Of a stretch of DNA of 64,000 nt, positions 39,499 to 53,298 are shown one piece after another (position 1 is the stretch's first letter; the number at the start of each line of letters is the position of its first letter). Source of the stretch: Octopus vulgaris (Eukaryota). The stretch is from assembly GCA_951406725.2 (NCBI GenBank), contig OX597815.1:36518001-36582000 (forward strand), read 5' to 3'. The position numbers and the translations under genes are program-made. The notes beneath the pieces are model-generated. The model was not told the DNA's origin and made no database searches. It was given only the letters and a program-made list of their open reading frames with translations.

Positions 39499-40130
39499 CC
39501 TAAGAGTTATGAGTAAAAAATCTAAGATTTTGAGAATTTTCCAAAGTCCTCTCCCCACCCCTTGGAAAAGATTTTCCCCATAAATTTCTTTATAATCATA
39601 ATGTATGCCATTTGAATGGTATTTCTATAAAATTTCATTGAAAAAAAACCCTATTTACCAAAAAGTTATGAGGGAAAAGCTCGGATCTTGTGAATTTTCC
39701 AAAGTCCTCTCCCCACCCTCCCATTGCTTTGTGTGCATTTGTTTTCATACTCGTTTCCTGCACATTGTTTTACACCCATTCCAGTATTTTTTTTGGATTT
39801 TCCTTTCCAGGTCAAGATGTAAACATTAACCTAATATTGTATAGTGTTATCACTAGTGTTGTGTAGTATTCTAATGCAGTGTGTAGAGTTATATATATAA
39901 ATAGTATTGTATTAATCGTATAGGTTAACGTGTTCTAAAAACTGTTGCGTTGTGTTATAATAGTATTCTGTAAATTGTGTCAAGTAATTAATATAGGGTC
40001 ATAATTGCATTGTGTAATGTTAACAATAGTATTTTGTAGCGTTATAACTAGAAAGGTGTATATAATATAATAGTGAATTTGTATTGTTATATCAATATTG
40101 TACATAATCTTATAAATGGTAGTACAGTGC

Positions 40131-40131
<1 letters not shown>

Positions 40132-40161
<30 letters not shown>

Positions 40162-40370
40162 TTAACGTCTGTGTTCCATGCTAGCATGGGTTGGACGGTT
40201 CAACCGGGGTCTGGGAAGCCAGGAGGCTGCACCAGGCTCCAGTCTGATCTGGCAGTGTTTCTACAGCTGGATGCCCTTCCTAACACCAACCAGTCCGTGA
40301 GTGTAGTGGGTGCTTTTTACGTGCCACCGGCACAGGTGCAAAGGGAGGCTGGCAACAGCCACGATCGGTT
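40132..40370 (-). mobile_element. Family A short retroelement
   Basis: Conserved body and (CAT)n. Confidence 0.85.
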
Positions 40371-40461
40371 ATTGTTGTTTAGCTCAAGGACATCGTTGAT
40401 CAAGCAGGTCTAATGTCAAAGGAGTTGACATTAAAAAATATATACACATACATTCATGACC

Positions 40462-40642
40462 TCATGTGTACCGTTGGCGATTTTTTTTCCTCTGTCTTCC
40501 CTTCTTTGGATCTTTCCTTCTCCTATGTTTCCGACGAAGAGCTCTGCTCGAAACATTAAATCCTCCTTCTTTCCTTCTTTCCTGAGCGTCCAATAATACT
40601 ATATTTGTTCCATGTCCTCGAGTTGTTGTGTTTTTTTGTGTT
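40462..40642 (+). mobile_element. Penelope-like fragment with hammerhead variant (CCGACGA core)
   Basis: gttt-CCGACGA-a-gagc-tct-gctc-GAAAC-att-aaa at 40527-40560. Confidence 0.6.
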
Positions 40643-40659
40643 TTCTTGTTTGGATTAAC

Positions 40660-40691
<32 letters not shown>

Positions 40692-41431
40692 CATACATAC
40701 ATACATACATACACACACATACACACACACACACACATACACACACACATATATAATGGGATTATTTCAGTTTCTGTCTCACGGGGTTCTAGTTGACCCA
40801 GGACTATAATATGAGATGCCTTTCCAAGGTGCCTCGTGGTGGGACTGAATCCCCAAACCCCATGGTTGAAAAGTGAACTTCTCAACTATTTCAGTCTCAG
40901 CCACTTACACATAAATGTAATGCCACTCTTCTAACATCCAATGGTGCAACGACCCAGCCTTGTTCCTACTGTTTTATGCTGATGTTTTTAGTCATCATCA
41001 TCATCATCATCATGAGCAGCAGCAGCAATGTTCTCAAATACAATTATGCTTTTTTTGAGGCCTGAAATGGGTTTTTTTCTTTTCCTGGTAAAATTAGTCA
41101 ACAATTAAAAAATTAGTTTCTCTCCATTTCACAGCTTAATACTCTGAAAAAAAAAAAAAAATGATTAAGTGGCAATTTTTATCAAAAGCAAAATGACTAT
41201 TTTGGTAGTTTTTCCCCTATGTATTTATTTCAATGTTCAGCTTCACTGAAGGAAAGAAATAATTTCTTCCGGTAAATATAGGCAAAAACAACAAACAACA
41301 TCAACATTAAAATGCAAAAATAAAGGAAGTAATTTTGAGAAATGAGTAAAGAAGAGAAACTAGAAGCCAGTTGGTGAATGTTAGCACCATCGAAAAACCC
41401 AAGAGTCATTAATATTTTTGTTATTCATTGC

Positions 41432-41482
<51 letters not shown>

Positions 41483-41540
41483 GATGATAATAATAATAAT
41501 ACTGATAATAATAATAATACTGATAATAATAATAATAATG

Positions 41541-41575
<35 letters not shown>

Positions 41576-41600
41576 GATAATAATAATAATAATAATACTG

Positions 41601-41672
<72 letters not shown>
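41432..41672. repeat. (AAT)n microsatellite with periodic ACTGAT interruptions
   Basis: Directly visible. Confidence 0.95.
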
Positions 41673-41677
<5 letters not shown>

Positions 41678-43234
41678 AACAATAACAACAGCTATAGCAA
41701 CAGAGGCAGTGGTTCTGCTAGTAACAGAAAGTAAATCATTAAATGGAGAAATGCCTGCAAATGGTACTCTTAACAACAGTGTTATGACATGAAAAAGCTT
41801 CTGCATAGTCACTGAACTACCTAGAATTAGTAGCCAAATTGCTTCATATGACATCTTAACATCTTAAAAAGATAAAGATGCATTAGATAATGAAGTTAGT
41901 TATAAATACACAATTTCTGGATAAAAGGCAAATTGATCACAGATGGTGTAGCCTTGAATATAGTTCTGTTTCATCAGTGCTTACCTGGGGCTAAACAACC
42001 TGTGGGAACCTGATGAGCTGTCTAGTTCATACCAGCATGGAAAGCAGATGTAAAATAACGAAAATGATGATGATGGTGTTTAAAAATTTGACAAAGCACA
42101 CAAATAAATAAATAAATGAAGGCATAGTTATATAAATATAAATTACTATGTATAAATGTTATTAGAACCAGCTGGAAAATGTTCAGGGGTTTAATACATC
42201 TGTTAGCACCAATATTTTCTCTCTCACTGAAAGCAGACTGCATGATGCTTGTGTATGAACTGCAATACTACTTCGTATGAGATGTGGATCCTAAATATGG
42301 AGAAAGCATGTTTTGCTGGATGTGCATTGTCAGTGTGCATAATCTAAAGGTTGAAAAATGTGTTGAGAAAAAAACTAGGAATAAAAGGAATCAAATGAAG
42401 TTATAAGAGAGAAGATTGTGTTGGTTTGGGCACGTGCTACTTATAGATGAACACAGCTCTTTAAAGACATATCAGTCACTAATAATAGATGGAAGGACAC
42501 CCAGGAAGATATGATTGGCAATATGCAGTGCTCAGGAAGACCTTCCCAGTAATGTCAGCATGGCATGACTGACGTTCTGAAAGAATGATGTGTGTGCACA
42601 CCATATGCAGACAACTCGATCTTTCATTCAATATCCTAGTCAAGTCTATAAGTGACATCCTAGTAGTGTGTTGCAAAGTTGATGGCCAGCTGAAGGTCAG
42701 CTTTCGTAACAATGTCATTGATCATGACCCTTGATACAACTCCCCATGTTGTGTGTGACTCCAGCTTATGGGCAAATGCATGATGTATCAGTCCCACCTA
42801 TCATTACACTTTACTCTCAGTTTTAAAGACCAGGTACACACTTACATATGCTCCTCCCTATTTGATGGAGTACACATTGTGCCATAGATCAGTCAAGTTT
42901 TATTCCAGCTGCTTCAGTAAAGGTATATGAAAATTCCCTCTGTTTTAGATAGAACACAGATATGTTACCTTTCTTTTTGTTCTTTCTTCAATGAATTCCT
43001 TGATCAAGAAGGCACTGTGTTTTGTGTCATATTTTTCAAACATTTCTCCCATCCAACACAAAAAACTTACCTATGTCCAGTGTTTCTCTTTGTTGTGTGG
43101 TATTAGCAAAATTGCTTTTGTTACCAATGTTATTTATGGTTAGGACATGCAGCAAGAATGGAAGAGTCAAGGTTCCCATGCCAAATCTTATTCAGCGAGC
43201 TCACTTCAGAGAAAAACCACAGGGTTGATAATAA

Positions 43235-43485
43235 TGGAATTATTGTAAATAGTGCTCAGATGCACCACAACTTGTCAAAAGTGCGTATAAAGCATATGCA
43301 GTAATGTACAAATGTCTGGAAAGTGAACAGTATATGAGTCAGATACATGCTTGCATGTGTATGGAGGGGAGAAAATCAGGTGTAGTGTTGGCGAATCTCA
43401 GGAAGCCTGGAAGTTTTGAAGGATGCAGTGCTCCGACAACCAACAACTGATGCCGGCAGTTTGTTCCATGCTGAAACGAACTCTT
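43235..43485 (-). mobile_element. CR1/L2-like LINE 3' end (second copy at 45810-46057)
   Basis: WNKLPASVVGCRSTASFK-type frame. Near-identical second copy. Confidence 0.7.
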
Positions 43486-43489
43486 AGGG

Positions 43490-43830
43490 TTGTCCTCTTC
43501 AAAGCTAGAAGGACCACCTCAAAACAACACTGAAAGCCACTGGACTTGAGCCTAAATTGTTTGAAACACAAGCTTGAGATAGCAAATGGTGGTATTCCAT
43601 TACAGTCAGAACCAAAAACTTTGAAGCCACCAGAAGAGTAAAGGAAGAAATCAAATGACAGGAGAAAAAGGCTCAACAAAATCAACCTCGTCCTCTACCA
43701 GCATTACCATGCAGTCAGTGCCATCAACTCTTCTATGCAAGAATTAGTCTACACAGTCGTCAACAGTATCACCATAAAGGAAGCATTCGGCAAAGAAGAA
43801 ACTAAATTCTTGAATATGAGATAAAGCTTT
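43490..43830 (+). mobile_element. Decayed RTE LINE 3' end
   Basis: KDHLKTTLK...PCSQC...LHS-type C-terminal remnants. Confidence 0.5.
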
Positions 43831-44092
43831 TGACGAAAGTTGTATTTATTGAAGTGTTCTCAACTGTCTGCATTTTTGCCATTTTTTTACTGTTTGACTT
43901 CTTTTCTTTTGAATCTCTGTTTTCATCAACAAAATTTTCAAAATTTAAAAATAAAATTCTTGGGAAGAAATTTATCCACTGCTACAACATTTTTGGTTAG
44001 CAGTTAGCATTTCCTCCATAGGAAGCCATATTAAATTACAAACAAACAATGTTTACAAAAATATAGAATGTAAAAACCATCCAAGGACTAAC

Positions 44093-44136
44093 CTTGTTTT
44101 TCCACCCAACAGTAACAAAGCGGAGACTCAAATCTT
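44093..44136 (-). CDS. Candidate exon (EDLSLRFVTVGWKNK; alternative acceptor extends it to 44144)
   Basis: Long upstream pyrimidine tract and donor AAG|GTTAGT. Confidence 0.4.
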
Positions 44137-46578
44137 CTAAAGTCCTTTGTTGATGAAAAGAGACAAAGAAAAAAAAACTGTTTTTTCAACAAATGAATGT
44201 TGTAAACCCAAATCTTCTCCAGAACCATAGTAGAGACATATACACTACCTAACCATCAGCAATAATGCATCTTCCATGCATACAAAAGAAGAAGGGAACA
44301 GCCAGTTAAATCAGTCCTACTATTTTATTTATTGGTATTTCATCAACCCCAGAAAGAAGAAAGGCACAGTTGACCTAGGAAGGATTTGAACTCAGAACAT
44401 AAAAGGTCATAACATAAAAGGCCACAAGACAGTCTAATGATCCACAGCTTTTTAGGAAGATCACCTTCAATGTTTGGCTTGTATATTATTTTGTTGAACC
44501 TAGAAGGGAGAAAGGCAAGATTGGAATTCAAAGTCTAAAGTGTTTTAACAAAATACTGTAAAGTATTTTTGAACAATGCTCACAAATTCTGCCAGCAATC
44601 CCCCTTACTAATGGTGATGATAATTACACTTATAATTATTTCGAATTTAGGCACAAAACCTGAAATTCTGAAGAGAGCAAATTAGCTGATTACATCAATC
44701 TCCATTCCTTGACTGATATTTTATTTTATCAACCTCTAAAGGATGAAAGGCAAAATTGATTCTAATGGAGTTTGAACTCAGTAATGGTAAAGGTAAAGTT
44801 ACCTTCTCAAGTCATACTGACTCATAAGGGCCAGTTTCCCAGTTTCATGACGTATATATTCCCCACCTGGACAGGACATTGATCCATTGCAGGATTACTC
44901 ATTTTTGCCAGCTGAGTGTACTGCAGCAACTTGAAATGAAGTGTTTTGCTCAAGAACATGATGCATTGCCTGGTCCAGGAATTGAAACCACAATCTTATG
45001 ATCATGAGTCCAACAACCTAACCACTAAGCCATGTGTCTCCACTTGAACTCAGAGAGTAAACAGCTGGAAAAAAAAAATGCTGTGAGACATTTTTTCAAT
45101 GCTGTAATGATTCTGCCCAAACACCATTTTCAATAATAACATATAATATAGCCACAAGCCCACAAATTTGTTAGAGAAGGGTGCAGTCAATTAAATTAAT
45201 CTCATTATCTTGCTGTATTTGTTCCAGCCTTTTACATTCTACTTTATAATCCTGCCATGGACTACTTTGGCTGATAAACTTCATTATCTGGTTTAAACAC
45301 CACCACCTTTAACAGAGTCCTCTCTACTGCAATCATCCAGGCTAGGTTTTCTGTTTGAGGATACTGTCCTTCTTATCTCCTACCAGCTTCTAGGCTCTGT
45401 AAAGGGTCATGGGCAGTACCTTTCCCTCCTAAAGATAAAAAGATGCCCAACTGGCAGAATTGTTTGCATGCTGGGCAAAATGCTTAGCAGCATTTCGTCC
45501 ATCTTTATGTTCTGAGTTCAAAATCTGCCAAGGTTGACTTTGCCTTTCATGCTTTCAGGGTTGATAAAATGAGTACCAGTTGAACACTGGGGTCACTTGA
45601 TTGACTCATTCCCATCTCCAAAATTGCTGCCCTTGTACCAAACTTTGAAACTAATGTTAGTAGTCAATTAATCTATTCACTCTCTGCCTCATTCTGACCC
45701 AATTTGAACATCAAAAATAGGTAAACTGACCTGATTTGGACATGAGTATATTTGCAAGACTACAACAAACTTTGATGTTTATTTATCTATTTATATAAAA
45801 TAATAAGAATGAAATTATTGTATACAGTGCTCAGGTGCACCACAACTTGTCAAAAGTGCATATAAAGAATATGCGGTAATGTACAAATGTCTGGAAAGTG
45901 AACAGTGTATGAGTCAGATACATGCTTGCGTGTGTATGGAGGGGAGAAAATCAGGTGTAGTGTTGGCGAATCTCAGGAAGCATGGAAGTTTTGAAGGATG
46001 CAGTGCTCTGACAACTAACAACTGATGCTGGCAGTTTGTTCCATGCATCAGCAACTTTTATTAATTTATTTTTTAAGCTCTGTATTAATCTGAAGAGGTC
46101 ATACAATCAAGTGGATAAGGTATTGAATAACTAGTCAAGAGGTTACTGGCTTGTATCTTGTTAATAGTGCTGTGATTTGTCTGTGGACAGGACAGTTAAT
46201 TTTTCACTCGGCTCAGTTCTTCATGCTGTGTATGTGTACTATAGGGTAGGAACAATTTAAGCTGTAGCACTGCCTTAAATTTAACAAGTGATTTGTTAGC
46301 TTAAAGTACACAGTTCAATTCTACCTATTGACACATCTTTGAAATGGCATGGGCTCTACTTAGCTAAATTTCTTTACATACTTAAATACATTATATGAAA
46401 GAGAAGTCTATGGTGCCGCACCATTGACATAAGAGGTTCCACAGAAGGGTCAAGTAATGGTAGTGATTAGTGTAAAAGTGGTAGTGGTGGTGGTAATGGT
46501 TATTGGGTAAATGGTGGGGATGGTTGTGGGGGAGACAGTTGTTATGGTGATGGTAGGTAGAAAAGCTCCTTGTCATAC

Positions 46579-46652
46579 CTACAAATACAAGCTCATACAA
46601 CCTTCCAGTCAACGAGGGTAGCAATTTTCTATGATTTTTGATCCATAACACA
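46579..46652 (-). CDS. Candidate exon (VLWIKNHRKLLPSLTGRLYELVFV)
   Basis: Acceptor ccttattcAG and donor TAG|GTATGA. Single open frame, phase 2 to 1. Confidence 0.3.
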
Positions 46653-46725
46653 CTGAATAAGGCATCAAAAGTATGATACATCACCTACAGTTTTCTAAAA
46701 TTTTTATATAAAAAAATTATTAATA

Positions 46726-46892
46726 GGCGTAGGAGTGGCTGTGTGGTAAGTAGCTTGCTTACCAACCACATGGTTCTGGGTTCAGTCCCACTGCATAGCA
46801 CCTTGGGCAAGTGTCTTCTACTATAGATTCGGGCCGATCAATGCCTTGTGAGTGGATTTGGTAGACGGAAACTGAAAGAAGCCTGTCGTATA

Positions 46893-46989
<97 letters not shown>

Positions 46990-47189
46990 CTGTGTTTGTC
47001 CCCCCAACATCACTTGACAACCGATGCTGGTGTGTTTACGTCCCCGTAACTTAGCGGTTCGGCAAAAGAGACCAATAGAACAAGTACTAGGCTTACAAAG
47101 AATAAGTCCTGGGGTTGATTTGCTCGACTAAAAAGGTGGTGCTCCAGCATGGCCACAATCAAATGACTGAAACAAGTAAAAGAGTAAAG
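46726..47189 (+). mobile_element. Full-length tRNA-derived SINE (family B)
   Basis: tRNA-like head tggctgtgtggtaag...ggttcagtcc, CORE-like ccttgggcaag, internal (TA)n(TG)n. Confidence 0.9.
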
Positions 47190-48363
47190 TTTTTTAAAAT
47201 AGAGATGGGTGAATGTATTGAATTTCACAGCCTACACATGCAACAGTGTGGTGCATTTAAAAACACCTAAGTTTTTAAATATCTTCACACTTTTCTGACT
47301 CACCTCAAAACATCGTAGCCTACCTGTCAACCATACACAGCACACTTGTGTCTCATGGCACAGTGGTTGGAAACTTTTGAACAAGGGTTTCCACATAAAA
47401 TGGCTAATGAATGACATACATACCTACAACTTAACCCAGTCTTCATTCTATCATTTTCCTAAGATACAGCACACCGCTTATGATGTGATATATTTCTGAG
47501 ATAAAAGTAGAGATCTTATCATTTGCCATCCTCTGTTTCTTTGCAACAAACCTTGAAAAGTTGGCTGTTAGCAGCATTAGGTGATGTCAGATAAACACTG
47601 GAAGAACTCCAAATACTTTATAAAAAAAAACATGAAAAAAAAAAACCCAGAAAGATTTGTGGTAGTTATTGTGGTAGTAGTTATGGTGTGTGGGATAATA
47701 GTGATGATGGTGAAAAGGTATCAGTTATAGTGAAGGTGGTGGTAGCAGTAATGATGAGAGTGGTAGTAGTAGTGATGATTATAGTAAAGATGGGAGGGGT
47801 GGTGAGGGTTACAGTCAAGGTCGAGGTGGTAGTAATAATTTTATAGTGGAGGTGGTGGTGATGGTGGTGGTGGTGAAAATGGTATTGGTAGTGATGATAA
47901 TGATAATGGTGGTGGTGATAGTGGCGGTGGTAGTGGAATTGATGGCTATGGTGATAGAAGCTTGGGTTGTGGTAAGGTAGTGACGATGGTTGTGATGATA
48001 GTAGTGGTGGTGATTATAGCTGTAGGGGTGTTGGTGTTGGTGGTAGTAGAGTAGAAACAAAAGACACAACAAATATTTAGATAAAAGTGAGTGAAGAGAG
48101 AAAGGAAAATGGGGGAGGGAATAAATGGAAAGAGGTGGAAAGTAGTGCAGAGAGAGTGAGAGAGAGAGAGAAAGAGGTAGAGAAGGAGAGAAAATGAGAG
48201 AGAGAAGTGAAGGAGGAAGTAATGTGAGTATACATGCGTGCATGTGTGTGTATAATATATATAGATATATCTATCTATCTATCTATCCATCTGTCTGTCT
48301 GTCTATCTATCTGTCTGTCCGTCCGTCTGTCCGTCCATCCATCCATCTATCCATCCATCCATC

Positions 48364-48389
<26 letters not shown>

Positions 48390-48395
<6 letters not shown>

Positions 48396-49140
48396 ACAAA
48401 ATGGGACAAGAACGCAAAACATCCAGACAGTTAGGTGAAACAAAAAAGGGACAACAAAACATCCAGATAGACAATACAAAGAAAACAAAGATGGGTCATT
48501 CGTAGTTTTCTTTCCTCAGTCGAGTTCGAGATTATCTTTGCAATTTCGGCTGGTTATACTAGAGATTGCTCCAATCTGGCCAGTCCCAAGGAAAAACTAA
48601 GCTAAGAGTATTAGATTTCTTGAAAGAAAGCAGCGAATGTATACGAAAACAAGGACAGAAACAAAACAGAGAATGTTACATAAATACAAATAACAGGACA
48701 TAACAACAGGTGCTTTTCGACTAAGGACACATTAAATTAAGCTGCCGTGTGCGGAAATAAAGCCTTACGGCATGGATACAAGATTTCACAGGCACAGGGA
48801 GGAATATAGATGTTGCATGGATGATGGTCAAACCAAGAAAGAAAGATCAGGCTTGGCTGAACACCAGTCACGTGGGGAGAGAAGAGAGAGGGGTAGAGGC
48901 AGATGGACAGAAAAATTAAGGAGGGGCGAGAAAAAAATGACAGGGACACACTGAAGTGAAAACAGGGGGGAAAATGAGCAAGAAGAGAAGGCAGGGAAAT
49001 GTGAGAGAGGGGAAATGAAAGAATGAGGAGTGGATCTGAATGAATAAGCATGAAAAGGCTAACAGAAAGAAAGAATAGAGTCGTACAAGATTTAGATAAA
49101 TATATACTTACATATAAGAGACCAAAGTGTATGCATGCCA
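48390..49140. mobile_element. Penelope-like or unclassified repeat in (TA)n, copy 1
   Basis: First ~400 bp directly repeated at 49876-50272. Confidence 0.6.
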
Positions 49141-49515
49141 CTAAATATATATATGACTACTGCTAGGACAGCCACAAGTTACTACTACTATGACCAACAA
49201 TCACTACTGTTGCTACCATTGGAACACAAGGTAACAAAAAAGTGGTTCCTTTTGATACCAGCAAGAAACAATAATGAATTTCTTCATTACTCTCAACTGT
49301 AATATAACAATTATACCAACTACCGACAAAACACCACCACATGGATTCTATTGAGAACAGTAAGAAACGATTATGAACTTTTCTATAACACTTTTTATAA
49401 TATTTTTGATAAGGTTCGTTTTTTCAAGAACCGAAACATGTAAAATTCATAAGAAAATAAAAATTTATCTAATATAGTGGCGTTTTCAAACTTCTTTTTT
49501 ACAAATATATATATA

Positions 49516-49870
49516 TCATCATCATCATCATCATCATCATCATCGTTTAACGTCTGTTTTCCGCGCTAGCATGGGTTGGACGGTTCGACCGGGGTCTGGG
49601 AAGCTAGGGGCTGCTCCAGGCTCCAGTCTGATCTGGCAGAGTTTCTACGGCTGGATGCCCTTCCTAACGCCAACCACTCCGCGAGTGTAGTGGGTGCTTT
49701 TTACGTGCCACCTGCACAGGTGCCAGGGGAGGTCCGGCATTGGCCACGATCAGTTGGAGCTTTTAACGTGCCAGCAGCATGGAAGCCAGCCAAGGCGGCG
49801 CTGGCAACGTTCGGATGGTGCTTTTTATGTGCCACCGGCACAGAAGCCAGTCGGAGCGGCGCTGGCATCA
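49516..49870 (-). mobile_element. Family A short retroelement
   Basis: Conserved body with extra 5' modules. Confidence 0.85.
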
Positions 49871-49875
49871 TATAT

Positions 49876-50272
49876 ATATACAAAATGGGACAAGAATTCA
49901 AAACATCCAGACAGTTAGGTGATACAAAAAAGGAGACAACAAAACATCCAGATAGATGATACAAAGAAAACAAGGACGGGTCATTTGTAGTTTTCTTTCC
50001 TCAGCCGAGTTCAAGATTATCTTTGCAGTTTCGGCTGGTTATACTAGAGATTGCTCCAATCTGGCCAGTTCCAAGGAAAACCTAAGCTAAGAGTATTAGA
50101 TTCCTTGGAAGAAAGCAGCAAATGTATATGAAAACAAGGATGGAAAAAAAAACAGAGAATGTTACACAAATACCAGACATAACAATAGGTGTCTTTCAAC
50201 TAAGGACGAATTAAATTAATCTGGCGTGTGGAAATAAAGCCTTACGGCATGGATACAAGATTTCACGGGCAC
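49876..50272. mobile_element. Unclassified repeat, copy 2
   Basis: Direct repeat of 48390-48800. Confidence 0.7.
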
Positions 50273-51229
50273 ACATATAATATGTACATACGTACATGCA
50301 AACATATATATACATACATGTATGTATGTATATATATATATAATCATCATTTAACATCCATGATCCATGTTGGCATGGGTTGAAAAGTTTGATAGGATCT
50401 ACTGGCTCCAGTGTCTACTTTGGCATGATTTCTATAACTGGGTGCTTTTCCTAATGCCAATCACTTTACATTGTATTCTGGGTACATTTCTTCATGCCAC
50501 TGGTACCAGTGAGATTGCCATGCCGCTCACAAAACTACAAAATCTGAGTGGGGTGAAGTGGGTTAGGAAGAAGCATTTATGTGAGGAGTTGATGGGGAGA
50601 GACAAACAGGTTCTTGTAGAAGAGCTACATAGTTACTTGCCTTTAGGAGAGAGAGTGAGAATGATCCGTAGGAGCTGCAAGGTGTGAAGTGAATAGAAAT
50701 GTGTTTGGACAGTGGAACTAGGAATGTGGGTAGATGGGTGGAGGTTTATATGAATGTTTGGGGAAGCAGGAGATGGTAGATATGAGAGGTAGGTAACAGT
50801 TCTGAATATTTAGTAGGATTGAAAGGTGAATATAGGGACTGGTAGATGATCATTGAGCTGGTGAGTATTGCTACAATTCCAGCAAGAACCTTCAGCCTCA
50901 ATCATTCATCTACTACTTGCAACTCTCTGGCAGGCCTCCACTTTCTACCTGTGCAAATTTTAATGCCAGCTTCTGCTGTTTTGGTGTTCCTGGAATCTCT
51001 GTACTTCATAGTTTCATGACATTACAAACTCCTCTGAGATATGATTAAAGGAATCACAAAGTGTTGGTTGATTGGTAAGCCAGGCTGCCTCTTCAGACAA
51101 AAACTGCCAATATTTTTCTCTAGGGTTTTCATAATTCATAATGATGATGGAGTTCTGATGATTGATAATACTTAAGATATTGGTTTTTATAATGGTTTTG
51201 ATGATGGTATATTGAGGGGAAAAGTTGGG

Positions 51230-51680
51230 CATAAGGGGAATTAGATGCAGCATGCAAGAGAGAAGACTGCACTGGTTTGGCTATGAAATACATTTGGATT
51301 CAGACAGCTGCATACAGAAGTGCTGACCATTTGAAATGGATGGAACTTGTGGAAGAGGGAAACCCAGGAAGACATGGGATGAAGTATGGAAGTCTGATCT
51401 CAAGAAACTGAGCCTTATGAAGATGACAAAGGACAGATATTTGACTCACTGTTGTACTCAAGAAGACCTGTCTACTACAAAAGGATTGATACTGGTGCTG
51501 GTGCCACGTAAAAAGCATCCTGTACACTCTGTGGAGTGGGTAGCATTAGGAAGGGCATCCAGCCATAGAAAATATGTCAGAACAAACAATGGAGCTTGGT
51601 GCAGCCTCTGGGTCTTAGCAGCTTTGGTCAAATCATCCAACCCAAGTCAGTGTGGAAAACAGATGTTAAATAAAGATGAT
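51230..51680 (+). mobile_element. RTE LINE 3' end joined to a family-A-like terminus
   Basis: RGKPRKTWDEVWKSDLKKL followed by gtgccacgtaaaaagca...(GAT)n. Confidence 0.75.
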
Positions 51681-52471
51681 GATGATAATGATGATGGCAT
51701 TGACGATGATGCTGAAGATGATGATAGGGGGATGATAGTGATGATAAGTAATGATGATGATGATAAGTAATGATGATGATGATAATGACAAGGATGATGA
51801 TGATGATGTATTATTTCTACATATACACCTACCACGTGTGCAGTCTGCATCCCATCTGACTACACATATTCTCCCAACAGACAATTATGCATTTATCTCT
51901 CTGTTCTAAATGACTGATTACTTAACAGATCAACAATGTAGTGGTAGTGGACAGCTTTCCTTCATAATGAGGTGTACAATATGGGAATTGTAGTACGATA
52001 TCTCTAGTTATGTCATATTAGATTAACTTGCCAAATGTTAGGATAACTTTTGGCAACTACATACTATGGCAAATATCACTATTGGTACATACACACACAT
52101 ATATGTGTGTGTGTGTATGTATTTGTGTGTGTGTGTGTGTGTATGTATGCATGTGTATATTATGTATCTATGTATGCATATATATATTATATATATATAT
52201 CTATACTACATACATATATATACATACATACATAGATATATATGTGTGTGTGTGTGTGTGTACACATATGCACGTGTATATATAGCTATGGAGCTAAGAA
52301 GTTTGCTTCATTAATCATGTGCTTATGAAGAAATTTGCACTACCACAATCCTTCGCTTGAAAAACTGGTGCAAGTTGGTGACAAAAGGAGCAGCCAACTG
52401 TAAAATCTGACTTAAAAATCAAATCATTTTCCATCCATGCATACAAGCTTGGATCGAAATGAACAAGTGAA

Positions 52472-52527
<56 letters not shown>

Positions 52528-52884
52528 TATATATATATGCATATTTAAATATATATATATAGACACATGTAAACAAACACAAATGTACTCACACATACAC
52601 ACACACTCACACATGTTTGTATATATACGTGTTTAGTCACAGGTATGATTATGTGATTAAGAAGGTTACTTTGCAATCAAGTGATTTTAGGCTAAATCTT
52701 TGTAAATGAAGTTTGTACATTGTCGTCACAGTCATCATCACCCGACAAAATTTCCTGACAAATTTTGGCTGAGTCATCAACAGCTGAATCTGTTCTTATT
52801 GGGAGCCACTTCTCTCATAAACTGATGTTCATATGTGCCATATTGTTATATTAGCTTGGTTTCTACAGCTGGGTACCCATTCTT

Positions 52885-53298
52885 ATTTCTTTATTGCCCA
52901 CAAGGGGATTTAACATAGAGGGGACACACAAGGACAGGCAAAAGGATTAAGTCGATTACATTGACCCCAGTGCATAACTGGTACTTAATTTATTGACCCC
53001 GAAAGTATGAATGGCAAAGTCGACCTCAGTGGAATTTGAGGTCAGAATGTAATGGCAGACAAAATATCTATTTCTTTATTACCCACAAGGGGCTAAAAAT
53101 AGAGGGGACAAACAAGGACAGACATAGGTATTAAGTCGATTACATTGACCCCAGTGCATAACTGGTATTTAATTTATTGACCCCAAAAGTATGAATGGCA
53201 AAGTCGACCTCGGTGAAATTTGAACTCAGAATGTAATGGCAGACAAAATACCACTAAGCACTTCGCCCCGTGTGCTAACGTTTCTGCCACCTTACCAC
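52885..53298 (-). mobile_element. Nin-type SINE, tandem dimer
   Basis: Two ~185-bp near-identical modules plus one head. Confidence 0.85.

Larger units (their letters stand above)
37032..39784. mobile_element. Long-TIR (~290 bp, internally repeated) non-autonomous DNA element enclosing an LTR-retrotransposon fragment
   Basis: TA|CTGGAATGGGTGTAAAACA ... TGTTTTACACCCATTCCAG|TA. Arms ~37032-37320 and ~39499-39784. Confidence 0.85.
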
